A DNA stretch of 64,000 nucleotides. Source: a virus. The notes beneath the pieces were generated by a model that was not told the DNA's origin, made no database searches, and worked only from the letters and a program-made list of their open reading frames with translations. How positions within the stretch are numbered: position 1 is the stretch's first letter; each line of letters starts with the position of its first letter. Shown piece by piece: positions 10,128-19,740 of this stretch. Where the stretch lies: IMG/VR virus record IMGVR_UViG_3300017925_000001, positions 32,001 to 96,000 of that record; one strand, 5' to 3'. Both the position numbers and the translations under genes were made by a program.

Positions 10128-10388
10128 ATGCGAGAACGCTTGTTTGCCTTTATACGCAGTACATTTTCTGAGCCAGATGGAACAGGCTCAGCGAGCAGAG
10201 TTTTAGCGGGATGCACCGTGGCGTCATGTTTGATCTGGGTTTCCTTCATAGTTTTTACGAAACACATCATCCCAGATCTCGGCGGGGCATCCCTGTTCGT
10301 TACGAGCGGTTTTTCAGGGTACGGCGTAAATAGGCTTTCCCGGGCATTTGGAGAAGATCATGACAAGGATCATCAGCAGACTAGCTAG
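10128..10388 (+). CDS. Small two-TM membrane protein (holin-like?)
   Basis: 86 aa; 'SE.DG..S.SR' followed by two TM helices and a charged C-terminus. Confidence 0.55.
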   Translation: MRERLFAFIRSTFSEPDGTGSASRVLAGCTVASCLIWVSFIVFTKHIIPDLGGASLFVTSGFSGYGVNRLSRAFGEDHDKDHQQTS

Positions 10389-11079
10389 GAAGGCCCCCAG
10401 CTTGCCCCCTGTATCCACCTTGCCTACCATCGTGGTCCCTAGCCGCTACCCAGACATCTTTGAGGCTTGCCGCAGTTCCCTAGCTCAGTTTGCCCCTAGC
10501 GCCCCCAAGATTCTGGTGCGTGACGGAGATGCCATAGGGCAACCAGAGGGCTGGAAGGTCATCCAGGGGCCTCCAGGGGACTTCTGCTATTCGCATAATG
10601 TGAACCTTGGAATCCAAGCATGCTCTGGAGACGTTCTGCTGTGTAATGATGATGTAAAATTTACACAGTCAGGTACTTTGGAGTCTTTGGCGGGCATTTT
10701 TGCCCTTCGGCCTGACGTTGGAATCCTGTCTCCTAGTGTGGATGGCGTGGCGAACGGGGTTTCTGCTAGGGAAGCCATTCAGGAAACCAAGGGGTACCTG
10801 AGCTTTGTCTGTGTATTGATCCGAAGGGCCGTGATCGACAAAGTAGGGCTGTTGGATGAACGCTACACAGCCTACGGATCTGAAGACGTTGACATGTGCC
10901 GTAGAGCACAGATGGCAGGCTTTACGCTTGCCACTACTTCCTTAGTTACAGTAGAGCACAAGCACGCAAGTTCTTCATACAAACGAGAAGAAGGCTTGGA
11001 GCAGAAGCGGGCAGAGTCGGCACGAATCTACCTTGAAAAGTGGGGAAAAGGAACACCGGGGCATTATGCCGACGAATAG
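10360..11079 (+). CDS. Glycosyltransferase family 2
   Basis: VNLGI, LLCNDD, CVLIRR..ID.VGLLDERY..YGSEDVD.C.R. Confidence 0.85.
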   Translation: MTRIISRLARKAPSLPPVSTLPTIVVPSRYPDIFEACRSSLAQFAPSAPKILVRDGDAIGQPEGWKVIQGPPGDFCYSHNVNLGIQACSGDVLLCNDDVKFTQSGTLESLAGIFALRPDVGILSPSVDGVANGVSAREAIQETKGYLSFVCVLIRRAVIDKVGLLDERYTAYGSEDVDMCRRAQMAGFTLATTSLVTVEHKHASSSYKREEGLEQKRAESARIYLEKWGKGTPGHYADE

Positions 11080-12034
11080 AAGATTTTTGCGGAGACCTGC
11101 AGGGTTAAAACCTCAAGTTCCCGTGGCGACATTTCCAGATTGGTGGGCAACGCAGCAACACGCCCTGCATGAAGGTTTTGCATATTGCATTACGAACTGC
11201 TCAAATCCAAAGCATGTGCAAGAGTTAATTGAAGACCTTGTGCGTAAAACCACTGCCCCCTACGAAATTGTGCTTTGGGTTGAGTCTTTGGCTGCTGATT
11301 TTGAACGATTCTTGGCACACCAGATTTGGGCAGGAGTCCCAATCTTTGTAGCCGAGCGCAGCCTCCCGAAAAGCACTATTATTCGAGAACTCTTCCCGTT
11401 TTGCCAACGCAGCTGGGTTATGCAGATTGATTGCGACACTCCCAAAATGGTGGAAGGTTACAACCCCAAGGTTTCTATAATTATTCCCACGTACAAGAGG
11501 CAGCATGTGCTTCTGCGTACGATCAAATCTATTTTGGAACAGTCGTACTCAAATTGGGAACTGATCATAGTGAACAATGAGGTAGGGGGAGTACTTCCTG
11601 GGCTGCCCAATGACTCCCGAATATTTGTCTACAACCACCATGGGGAAGCCAACGCATGCTATGCCAGAAATATGGGCGTAGGGCATGCCACGGGTGACCT
11701 AGTAAACTTCTTTGATGACGATGACGAGATGCTGCCGGGATACCTAGAGAAGATGGCAGCACCTTTCTCAGACCCCAAGGTTATGGTAGTGCGTTGTGGC
11801 ATGCTTTGTACCTTCGGGGCCTGTGACTTTAGTTATTCCACGCAGGAAGCGTGGTTGCGTAGGGCGTACGCCACACCGACGTGGCAAAAAGGATCTCTTG
11901 TTCACGATCAGGTTTATTATCGGAGCATGATTGAAAGAAATGGTTGGAAGAAAGAGAATATCCTTCAGCTTGGTGAAGTCCTTGTGAAGGCATATACGGA
12001 ACCCAGCGGAGGTATCAGGGCTGGTGGGTATTAG
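11066..12034 (+). CDS. Glycosyltransferase family 2 (degenerate N-terminal GT domain plus intact domain)
   Basis: PKVSIIIPTYKR...ELIIVN...ARN.G...ATGD...FFDDDD. Confidence 0.85.
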   Translation: MPTNRRFLRRPAGLKPQVPVATFPDWWATQQHALHEGFAYCITNCSNPKHVQELIEDLVRKTTAPYEIVLWVESLAADFERFLAHQIWAGVPIFVAERSLPKSTIIRELFPFCQRSWVMQIDCDTPKMVEGYNPKVSIIIPTYKRQHVLLRTIKSILEQSYSNWELIIVNNEVGGVLPGLPNDSRIFVYNHHGEANACYARNMGVGHATGDLVNFFDDDDEMLPGYLEKMAAPFSDPKVMVVRCGMLCTFGACDFSYSTQEAWLRRAYATPTWQKGSLVHDQVYYRSMIERNGWKKENILQLGEVLVKAYTEPSGGIRAGGY

Positions 12035-12043
12035 GAGGACTCA

Positions 12044-12901
12044 GTGAAAATCTACGTGCTCGGTGGCTCAGGGATGCTTGGAAGAGCGTTTATACAGCAT
12101 TTTGGTGAGCGTCATGACTTGGGTTTGCCTGGGGTGACTAATCCCCGTGTGGATGTTACTAACTTTGAAGAAGTGGCCAGAGATATCCGAAGGTTTGATC
12201 CTTGCTCCATTGTAAATTTCGCAGCTATCTGCGATATGGAAAAATGTGAAAAGGACCCCTCTTTGGCTTTGAAAGTTCATGCCCTAGGTTCGGCTAACGT
12301 AGCGCTTATAGCAAATCGGGCGAACGCAGAGTACATGTATATCAGCAGCGCTTGCGCATTTGATGGTAAAAAACAGTGGTATTCAGATACAGATGCAACC
12401 TCTCCCATATCAGTGTACGGCAAGACGAAGATGTTTGGAGAAGAGATCGCAAGGTCCATCCCAAAGCATTACGTGGTGCGTACCGAATGGTGTTTCGGAG
12501 GAGGACCAAAGCACGACACAAAATTTATTGGAAAGCTCTATCGTCAAATAGCCTCGGGGCAATCAGAGATCAGCGCAGTGCAAGACAAATATGGCTCCCT
12601 TTCTTATTTGCCCGACTTCTGCAAAGGAGTGGAGAAGCTTCTGGAGAGTAGGCAGTACGGTACCTACCACATCACCTGTGAAGGCTCAGCATCACGGTAC
12701 GAGGTAGCCAAAGAGTTTGTACGTTTGCTGGGTGTGGGTGTTCAAGTGAAAGCTGTGGATTCCTCCGCATTTGCTGGGGATTACTTTGCTCCCAGACCTG
12801 TTAGTGAGAGATTGGTGAACAGCTTGGTACCGGGGTTCTCAGCTAGAACGTGGCAGGAATGCCTCGCTGAGTACAGTAAGGAATTTTTGCATGGATGCTA
12901 A
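12044..12901 (+). CDS. rmlD: dTDP-4-dehydrorhamnose reductase-like SDR
   Basis: GGSGMLG, YGKTK catalytic motif, VVRTEW.FG, D.YGS, G.YH, SRYE.A, APRP..S.L. Confidence 0.85.
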   Translation: MKIYVLGGSGMLGRAFIQHFGERHDLGLPGVTNPRVDVTNFEEVARDIRRFDPCSIVNFAAICDMEKCEKDPSLALKVHALGSANVALIANRANAEYMYISSACAFDGKKQWYSDTDATSPISVYGKTKMFGEEIARSIPKHYVVRTEWCFGGGPKHDTKFIGKLYRQIASGQSEISAVQDKYGSLSYLPDFCKGVEKLLESRQYGTYHITCEGSASRYEVAKEFVRLLGVGVQVKAVDSSAFAGDYFAPRPVSERLVNSLVPGFSARTWQECLAEYSKEFLHGC

Positions 12902-13790
12902 GGACGACCTAATTCTCGGGGTTTTCGCTAACTATTCGTTCTCGTGGTTGGAAGCCTACATGGTATCCATTACCCGCAGCAAGTTCAGAGGACGAAAAGT
13001 TCTCATTGTGTGGAACATCGAATCAGAGGTTAGAAAAAAGCTAATCGAGTATGGTTTTGAACTTGTAGAAGTTCCACCACAAACAAAAAACGAAGTGGTG
13101 TTTGCTGCTGATTTCTTTCGTGTTCGGGACAGACTAGCCTATGAGTTTTTGAAGGAACACTACCAAGAATTTCGGTTCGTTTTTTGGATGGACATACGCG
13201 ACCTTGTGTTTCAGTCAGACCCTTCCGTGTGGATGGAGAAGAACCTGGGATCGAGCAGGATTGTTGTGGCTTCTGAGTGCATACGTATTAAGGACGAGCA
13301 ATGTAACGACGGGTGGGTAAAAGCAATTTTTGATCCTGCTACGTACCTTCGCATTAGAGAGCATGAAGTTCTCAATGCAGGAACTTTTGCAGGTTATGCA
13401 GAAAACATGCGGGATGTGTTCTTTCGGCTTTGCGAGATTGCTGACCACACTACAGAGGTGGCTGAACAGGCCGCTTTGAACTTTGTACTGCGGGAACCTG
13501 AGTTTGAAAGCGTCACGAAGATCCCTAGGATGTCCGAAGGCTTCGCTGCGGTTGGTTATGGTTTCGGCAATGAGTTGGAGCATGTGTGGACGGATCAAGT
13601 CCCGGTACTGAATAAAGAAACGGGCATGCTTTACCCTCAAGGTAAGATCGAACCATTCGCCATTGTACATCAGTATGATAGACATCCACAGTGGAAGCCT
13701 GTTATATCCTCACACTACACTGTGGGCAAGGTTCCTCCACCCCCAAGACCACTAAGGAATCCAAGGTTTTCAAGGAGATTACCAAGATGA
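12891..13790 (+). CDS. Putative GT-A fold glycosyltransferase
   Basis: D.RD.VFQSDP, LNAG...G, EQAALN and IVHQYDR motifs. Confidence 0.7.
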   Translation: MDAKDDLILGVFANYSFSWLEAYMVSITRSKFRGRKVLIVWNIESEVRKKLIEYGFELVEVPPQTKNEVVFAADFFRVRDRLAYEFLKEHYQEFRFVFWMDIRDLVFQSDPSVWMEKNLGSSRIVVASECIRIKDEQCNDGWVKAIFDPATYLRIREHEVLNAGTFAGYAENMRDVFFRLCEIADHTTEVAEQAALNFVLREPEFESVTKIPRMSEGFAAVGYGFGNELEHVWTDQVPVLNKETGMLYPQGKIEPFAIVHQYDRHPQWKPVISSHYTVGKVPPPPRPLRNPRFSRRLPR

Positions 13791-14488
13791 ACAAAACTCT
13801 TCTGGCCTTGATTACCTGTCACACACGACAGGCATACGCACAAGCACAGCGCGAGACGTGGATACCGAAGATCCCTGCAGGGTTGGACTACAAGTTTTTC
13901 CTGGGGCCTTCTGAGCGTACTCCTGGGCCAGATGAAGTGTTTCTGGAGTGTGATGATTCGTATTCAGGCCTACCCTCCAAAATAAGGGCGGCATGTCGTT
14001 GGGTATATGACCAAGGCTACGAGTTTTTGGCTAAAATTGACGACGATGTTCTTTTGAAAGCAAGCTCATTCTTAGGTTCTGGTTTTCAAAACTACGACTT
14101 CTCAGGGCATACCAATAATGATAACACAGCTGTGAAGGTTCCGTGGGGTTTTTTATACTTGCTCAGTCGGAAGTCCATGGAGATTATGGCGAACGCTCAG
14201 CTTCCACAAGGGTTCAATGATGAAGCTTGGTGCGCGAATACATTGGCTGCACATGGTATACTTCTACACCATGAGCCACGTTATGTGTTGCATCGTGGTA
14301 GACGTTCTGATTTTATACCAACTTTCAAGCGTCCCCTAAGGGCACCTACGAGGCCACACCTTATGGACGAGGAAACCCCTAGGAATGCCATAGCAACGTG
14401 CATCTTCCTTCACTGGCATGGTTACCACAATACACCAGATTCAGTGAACATCAGAGAAATGTACAAAGTGTTCAAGGAAACCCAATGA
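13787..14488 (+). CDS. Galactosyltransferase/GT31-like glycosyltransferase
   Basis: RETW, KFFLG, DSYSGLPSK, KIDDDV (DxD), G..YLLSR. Confidence 0.75.
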   Translation: MNKTLLALITCHTRQAYAQAQRETWIPKIPAGLDYKFFLGPSERTPGPDEVFLECDDSYSGLPSKIRAACRWVYDQGYEFLAKIDDDVLLKASSFLGSGFQNYDFSGHTNNDNTAVKVPWGFLYLLSRKSMEIMANAQLPQGFNDEAWCANTLAAHGILLHHEPRYVLHRGRRSDFIPTFKRPLRAPTRPHLMDEETPRNAIATCIFLHWHGYHNTPDSVNIREMYKVFKETQ

Positions 14489-14640
14489 CACGCGTAGAAA
14501 TACTCAGGGCAGCTGCGAAGAAATTTGAAGACTCTCGGGCCGTTCCAAAGGTTTACCCTAAAGTAGACACAGTAGGGATCAGGAAGTTCTGGGAAGGCCG
14601 AAGTAAGCTTGTTTTGGAATGGCGTAAGAAAAACAAATAG
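14485..14640 (+). CDS. Small basic hypothetical protein
   Basis: ATG overlaps the upstream stop (ATGA); 51 aa. Confidence 0.55.
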   Translation: MTRVEILRAAAKKFEDSRAVPKVYPKVDTVGIRKFWEGRSKLVLEWRKKNK

Positions 14641-14741
14641 GTTCTTTCTGCTACTGCAGAAGAAGATGTAAACTTAAACTGTTAAAGCATCCGATAGTTA
14701 GGACAAGAAACCTAACGAGGCGGGGAGAAAAGAGAACAAAT

Positions 14742-15116
14742 ATGTCAAGTGTAGTGAGTCAAGCGATTCTAGATCCTGCCACAACTTTGTTATTCCCAGA
14801 TATTACAGGCGGCTCGATAGGCGCTTACTTCAATGTAACGTTTACCGCAGGAACTTATACTTCCGGTGGCGTACCTGTAGGCCTTATGGCTTGGGCAGAC
14901 CAGCAAACAATAGATTTTCATTGTTTCTTAATCTGTGCCTTTTACAATGAAAGTTATGATGGAGCATCTCCTGTCTATACGTTCCGTTATATTCCCACAA
15001 CTGACACCGTGGTTATTTATTCTAGCGGAGTTGAACTTGCCAGCGGGGCTGCAGTTGCCATTACGGATTCCGTGATTGCTCACGCAGTCTTCAACCGCAC
15101 TACGACTCTTGGATAA
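14742..15116 (+). CDS. Hypothetical virion protein (decoration-like)
   Basis: 124 aa, beta-rich, Y..GG motif. Confidence 0.6.
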   Translation: MSSVVSQAILDPATTLLFPDITGGSIGAYFNVTFTAGTYTSGGVPVGLMAWADQQTIDFHCFLICAFYNESYDGASPVYTFRYIPTTDTVVIYSSGVELASGAAVAITDSVIAHAVFNRTTTLG

Positions 15117-15126
15117 GGAGAAAATC

Positions 15127-15363
15127 ATGGCAGCAACAATGGGTAAAGATATATTCGCCAAGGACTTCTCAGTAGGTACTGTAGTTTACCTGCGATGCAA
15201 AGTCCTTTCTTTCACTGGCGCGGGCCCTGTGTGGGCAGGTGCCGGGGATACTGTCACTGTGCAGGTAGAGAGTAACGGAAATACTGGGGAAATCACTCCT
15301 GGTCCAATAGTTACTGTGTCTCCTGTGCAATGTAGAGCTACAGGCGCAACATACCAAAGTTAG
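15127..15363 (+). CDS. Small hypothetical protein, domain related to 45956..46312
   Basis: AAGGAG RBS; GK....G..V.....V.S.TG....VTV pattern. Confidence 0.55.
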   Translation: MAATMGKDIFAKDFSVGTVVYLRCKVLSFTGAGPVWAGAGDTVTVQVESNGNTGEITPGPIVTVSPVQCRATGATYQS

Positions 15364-15493
15364 GACCAGTAACACGAAGATGCAGCGGAGATCAGTCCGC
15401 AAGCCCCGTGGGAATCGGGGCACCTCTTAGGCTCTGTCTAGAAATGTGGAGCACTTATTTATTGTAAGGAACGGGCAAAGAAAGACTCCCTCA

Positions 15494-16543
15494 ATGAAAA
15501 AGATTCACCTTGCTTTAGTATTTAAAGACTTTGCGTATTGGATACGTTCTAGTTGTGTTGGATTGCACGTTGCTGGTTTTACTACTGCAGAAGTTCTGCG
15601 GGAGAAGGGTGTGGATGTATCAGTATTTCCTGTGCGACACAATGTTGACTTAGTTCATGCTATAGACAAGTATAATGAAACACATGATGAGCCATTGACC
15701 CATGTGGTTATCTCTGCTCCATGGCTAAGCGCACATGATCTTAAAACCATCATAAAGAATTGGCCATGTACAAAATTTATTATTCTTTCTCATTCTAATG
15801 TAGGGTTTCTTCAAGCCGATCCAAATGGTGTTGAGTTATTGCGCGCTTACCTTGCTCTTGCGACAAGACACACGAATCTTCAGGTGGGAGGCAATTCACA
15901 TCGTTTTGTAGAATGGTTAGGATATGCTTATGCTTCAGAAGTTATATGGTTGCCTAATTTATATCCGTTTGAGACATGTGAAACCAAAAAATGGAAAGAT
16001 GGAGTAATAAAGATTGGTGCCTTCGGTGCAGTTCGGCCTGAAAAGAATTTTATGACAGCAGCAGCAGCAGCAGTTGCAATTCATAAAAATCTTGGTGTTC
16101 CAGTTGAACTTCACATGTTGTCGGGAGGCGAAGGGGACCAAGGTCGTGTCGCACCAGCAATTGAGCAGATGTGCTTTGGTATTGAAGGTATATCCTTGAT
16201 TAGGCACGAATGGGAACCGTGGGATAAATTCATAGAGACCGTTGGTGAAATGGATTTGCTATTACAGCTTTCTTATACTGAGTCATTTAACATGGTGACG
16301 GCGGACGGTATTTCACGTGGAGTTCCTTCTGTAGTGTCCTCCGCTATAACGTGGGCACCAGAATGTTGGAAAGTAGATGCAGACGATGTAATGCAGGCTG
16401 CGGAGGTGGGCATCACTTTACTAACTGATGAAATGGTGCGACGAAAGGGTTTTGATGCATTGAGGGACCATAACGAAATGGCTATTAAAGAATGGCTTAA
16501 ATGGCTTGGAATTGCTAAGAAACCTTGGTACAAGTTTTGGTAA
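15494..16543 (+). CDS. GT-B (GT4-like) glycosyltransferase
   Basis: FGAVRPEKN and S..ESFN.V..D....GVP.V.S GT-B signature; C-terminal KKPWYKFW. Confidence 0.75.
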   Translation: MKKIHLALVFKDFAYWIRSSCVGLHVAGFTTAEVLREKGVDVSVFPVRHNVDLVHAIDKYNETHDEPLTHVVISAPWLSAHDLKTIIKNWPCTKFIILSHSNVGFLQADPNGVELLRAYLALATRHTNLQVGGNSHRFVEWLGYAYASEVIWLPNLYPFETCETKKWKDGVIKIGAFGAVRPEKNFMTAAAAAVAIHKNLGVPVELHMLSGGEGDQGRVAPAIEQMCFGIEGISLIRHEWEPWDKFIETVGEMDLLLQLSYTESFNMVTADGISRGVPSVVSSAITWAPECWKVDADDVMQAAEVGITLLTDEMVRRKGFDALRDHNEMAIKEWLKWLGIAKKPWYKFW

Positions 16544-16558
16544 ACAAGGAGGACTCAG

Positions 16559-17356
16559 ATGAACAGAATTGAACTCGAAGAGGAACAGGCAAGGCTGCAC
16601 GAAGCCTCGCGTTTGAAAATGGCCTTGCTCAAAGAAGCCGAAGAGAAAGCCCAAGCTAAAGCTCAGGAAGAGCAAAGGGAAGCCAAGGAACGCGCTGAGA
16701 AACGTAGGATAGACGCTCGGGAAGCCCAGGAAGCCCAACGTAGAGACGCTTTGCAGAAGCAGATGGAAGCCGAAGCCGAGATGAATCGTAAACAGAAAGA
16801 ACTGGACGAAAAGCTCAGGCTGGTCAAAGAACAGGAAGCTCAACGTATCGAGCAAATGTCTTTGACCGAGAAAGCTGAGCAAGAGCGCAGGAATACCGAG
16901 GCAAGACAGAAGGCAGCGGATCTAGCCGCCCAAGCCGAGGCAGATCGAGCCAAGGCTATAGCTGCAGCCCAGGAAATCAAACGACGTGCCCTGCAAGAAG
17001 AGCGAGACAAAGTAGAGGCCATCCTTGAAAGAGAGAGACAGGCTCGACTAAAGCAATTTGTTGTAGAGCAGCAACTGAATACTGCAGCGGAAGCAGAGCG
17101 TCTTGAACAGGAAAAGTCTCGACAGGCTGAGGCTGCTCGTGTTCAAGCTGAGTTTCTAGAGGAACAGCATAGAAAACTTCTGCGAGACAGTTTGAGCACC
17201 CTTGAGATGAAGCTTAGTACGTCTGAGGTTAGTGCAGAGTATCCCCAGGGGCAAGCCGAGGGCGACAAAGCAGCAGTAGGCACTGAAGGTAGTACGCAAG
17301 ACGAAAACATGTCTGGGCATATGCGCCGGATATTGAGACAGTTTAACAGAGTATAA
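16559..17356 (+). CDS. Long coiled-coil (E/R/A/Q-rich) protein
   Basis: 265 aa, highly charged helical composition, GGAGG RBS. Confidence 0.7.
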   Translation: MNRIELEEEQARLHEASRLKMALLKEAEEKAQAKAQEEQREAKERAEKRRIDAREAQEAQRRDALQKQMEAEAEMNRKQKELDEKLRLVKEQEAQRIEQMSLTEKAEQERRNTEARQKAADLAAQAEADRAKAIAAAQEIKRRALQEERDKVEAILERERQARLKQFVVEQQLNTAAEAERLEQEKSRQAEAARVQAEFLEEQHRKLLRDSLSTLEMKLSTSEVSAEYPQGQAEGDKAAVGTEGSTQDENMSGHMRRILRQFNRV

Positions 17357-17365
17357 GGAGTTACT

Positions 17366-18967
17366 ATGGCATATCTGCTTCCACCTTACTATATTGATGA
17401 GAACCCCATAACTCCGAACCTATTTTTGGGTTTGTGGGGCATGGATGTAGCGATAGCCAAGAATTTTGTAAAAATTGATTCAGCCTTTGGTGCCCTGAGC
17501 TTAACTTTTGATGTGAACGGCGTACCTGTTCCTCCTCCAGCCGAATTTGTGAACAGTGGCACCGTTACATTCTCGGTTGTGGGAAGCGTTGTCACTGCTA
17601 CTGCAATTGCTGCTGTGGGTTCAGCTGCATGGGCTACGCTCACAGGGGATCTCACTGAGTTGCAAGTTGTGCCGTGGGATGGCCCCACGATTGGTACGTC
17701 TGACACAGGTATTTCTCGCATTGCTGGGGGCACCCTTGCTATAGGAAACGGAACTACAGGTGATTTCTCTGGTAGCCTTAAGTTGACGGGTATTGATATT
17801 GTTGGGGCACTGACTGATGGTACAAGCTCTGTAGGTACTTCTGGAGAGGTTTTAAGCAGTACTGTTACTGGGGTAAAATGGGTTCTCCTCAATCAGGCCC
17901 CCCCGGGCGCACAAGGTACAACAGGCGCACAAGGTACAACGGGCACAACCGGCACGCAAGGAACAACTGGCTCTACGGGTGCTCAAGGTACAACAGGTTC
18001 TCAAGGAACCACAGGTACGACAGGTATTCAAGGCACAACTGGAGCAACTGGTGCTCAGGGAACGACCGGAACTACAGGCATTCAAGGTACAAGCGGGACG
18101 AATGGTTCGCAGGGTACGACCGGCGCTACTGGGGTACAAGGCACCACAGGAACAACAGGGCCTCAAGGGACAACCGGGGCTACGGGAGCACAAGGCACAA
18201 CTGGTACACAAGGTGCTACCGGCACACAAGGAACGATTGGGGCTCAAGGCACTACGGGTGATACAGGAGCCCAAGGGACTACCGGCACTACCGGCTCGCA
18301 GGGGACTACGGGCACGACGGGTTCTCAGGGCACAACGGGAACCACCGGCTCGCAGGGGACAACCGGCACTCAAGGTACTACAGGTACGACGGGAACCCAA
18401 GGAACGACCGGCACTACCGGAACTCAAGGCACAACTGGTACAACAGGCTCTCAAGGCACTACAGGCACACAAGGCACTACTGGTACGACGGGTTCTCAGG
18501 GTACTACAGGAACCACAGGTTCTCAAGGAACGACCGGCACTCAGGGAACAACAGGTTCAGGTTCCCAAGGTACTACCGGGGCACAAGGCACTACGGGTGC
18601 TCAGGGGACAACCGGAAAGGTAATCTCGTTCCAGTTTGGTACACCAGGCGGGGCTGCGATTAGCACAGGTATTCTCGGGTATATTACAGTACCTTTTGGC
18701 TGCACGATTGTTGGGTGGAGTATTGAAGTCGATGCAGGGACGGCAACAGTCAAGACTTTGAAAGTGGCAAGCGGAACAGCGATTCCCACTATAGGTTCAA
18801 ACTCTATCAGCACAAGTGGTGTGGCTATTTCTACTGGAACGGTGGTCCAAAGTGCAGTTACCTCTGACTTTACGACAACCACAGTTACCGCCAACGACAT
18901 TATCGGGGCGGACTTGTTTACGGTTAGCGGGGTAGGATACATCAACTTCCAGTTGCAGGTTCAGTAG
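17366..18967 (+). CDS. Collagen-like fibre protein (TPNL-anchor family member 2)
   Basis: N-terminal [11 protein letters not shown]...NF.KID; ~237 aa of Gly-X-Y (GTT/GxQ) repeats; globular C-terminus. Confidence 0.9.
   Translation: MAYLLPPYYIDENPITPNLFLGLWGMDVAIAKNFVKIDSAFGALSLTFDVNGVPVPPPAEFVNSGTVTFSVVGSVVTATAIAAVGSAAWATLTGDLTELQVVPWDGPTIGTSDTGISRIAGGTLAIGNGTTGDFSGSLKLTGIDIVGALTDGTSSVGTSGEVLSSTVTGVKWVLLNQAPPGAQGTTGAQGTTGTTGTQGTTGSTGAQGTTGSQGTTGTTGIQGTTGATGAQGTTGTTGIQGTSGTNGSQGTTGATGVQGTTGTTGPQGTTGATGAQGTTGTQGATGTQGTIGAQGTTGDTGAQGTTGTTGSQGTTGTTGSQGTTGTTGSQGTTGTQGTTGTTGTQGTTGTTGTQGTTGTTGSQGTTGTQGTTGTTGSQGTTGTTGSQGTTGTQGTTGSGSQGTTGAQGTTGAQGTTGKVISFQFGTPGGAAISTGILGYITVPFGCTIVGWSIEVDAGTATVKTLKVASGTAIPTIGSNSISTSGVAISTGTVVQSAVTSDFTTTTVTANDIIGADLFTVSGVGYINFQLQVQ
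17906..18616 (+). repeat. Collagen triple-helix repeat region (9/18-nt period)
   Basis: GGN ACN ACN / GGN NCN CAR codon repeats. Confidence 0.9.
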
Positions 18968-18974
18968 GAGGAGT

Positions 18975-19658
18975 ATGGGATTTACACATTCTCAGAGCAA
19001 GTTGGTAAATGGAACAGTTACGGTGGCTACCCCACTGGCGGTTACCTTGACCAGTAATCCCTCACTTGGGGATGTTGTATGGGTGTCAATTTTCAACGTT
19101 ACAGGAGCCTCAATAGGAGACTTAACTGTACTAGATTCCAATAGTAATAGCTATACTAAAACAGCTAACTCTCCTTATACTTTAGGAGATAATTCTATTT
19201 CCTTGTATTATTTAATAGCTCCTTCTAATGCGACTAATAGCCTTTCAGTTCACGCATCCCTTGTCACCGCTATTATCTACGTTGCAGTAGATGATTTTGC
19301 AGTAAGTGGAGGAAATGCTACTTATGATAAAGAAGCTAAAGGTACTGGTACTGGTACTACAATAAATACCCCAAGTATAACCCCTACTTACCCTAATTCT
19401 TTATTGTACTCTACCGCTGCGATATCCGTGGCAGGCATAACTGCTCCAAATGCTGGAGCTACTCTAGGTAGTTGGACTGGTGGAGCCGGTCAATCGCCTT
19501 CTAGTACGAAGTACAACGATGTAGAGTATATACTTAGTGCTACCGGAGCAACAGCCGTAAACTATTCATGTAGTTCTGGTAATTGGATAGCTTTGGTAGA
19601 TGCGTTTTATATCCCTAGTGCCGCAGTCACAAACAAGCCACACGTTCAAATGTTTTAA
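18975..19658 (+). CDS. Ser/Thr-rich beta-sandwich virion appendage protein
   Basis: 227 aa; GD.V.V and DSN.NSY motifs; follows the collagen gene. Confidence 0.6.
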   Translation: MGFTHSQSKLVNGTVTVATPLAVTLTSNPSLGDVVWVSIFNVTGASIGDLTVLDSNSNSYTKTANSPYTLGDNSISLYYLIAPSNATNSLSVHASLVTAIIYVAVDDFAVSGGNATYDKEAKGTGTGTTINTPSITPTYPNSLLYSTAAISVAGITAPNAGATLGSWTGGAGQSPSSTKYNDVEYILSATGATAVNYSCSSGNWIALVDAFYIPSAAVTNKPHVQMF

Positions 19659-19660
19659 CA

Positions 19661-19740
19661 ATCCCAAAGCTTAGCGGCTTTGGTGTAGAGTCGGGAGGTG
19701 CCATTCCACCTCCCCGCTCGACCTGAATGGAGGAACTATG
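19661..19740 (+). promoter_or_regulatory. HEG-leader RNA, copy 2 (precedes glycosidase-like gene)
   Basis: ATC-CCAAAGC-ttagcg-GCTTTGG; TAGAG; GGGAGGTG/CACCTCCC; loop CCATTC (19701-06) pairs GAATGG (19725-30), which overlaps GGAGG. Confidence 0.8.

Noticed and set aside
15362-15426. TAACAC...GTCCGCAAGCCC resembling a twister ribozyme, or a tRNA
   Set aside because: I could not build the twister P1 or pseudoknot partners, nor a cloverleaf. Kept only as a hairpin observation.
17906-18616. Regular DNA repeats resembling a CRISPR or tandem array
   Set aside because: No constant repeat with unique spacers; fully explained by Gly-X-Y codons with synonymous variation. The alternative-frame ORFs here are by-products.
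19661-19740. Leader motif as an intrinsic terminator or known small ribozyme
   Set aside because: No U-tract; lacks the hammerhead CUGANGA/GAAA core and the HDV nested topology. Self-cleavage remains untested.
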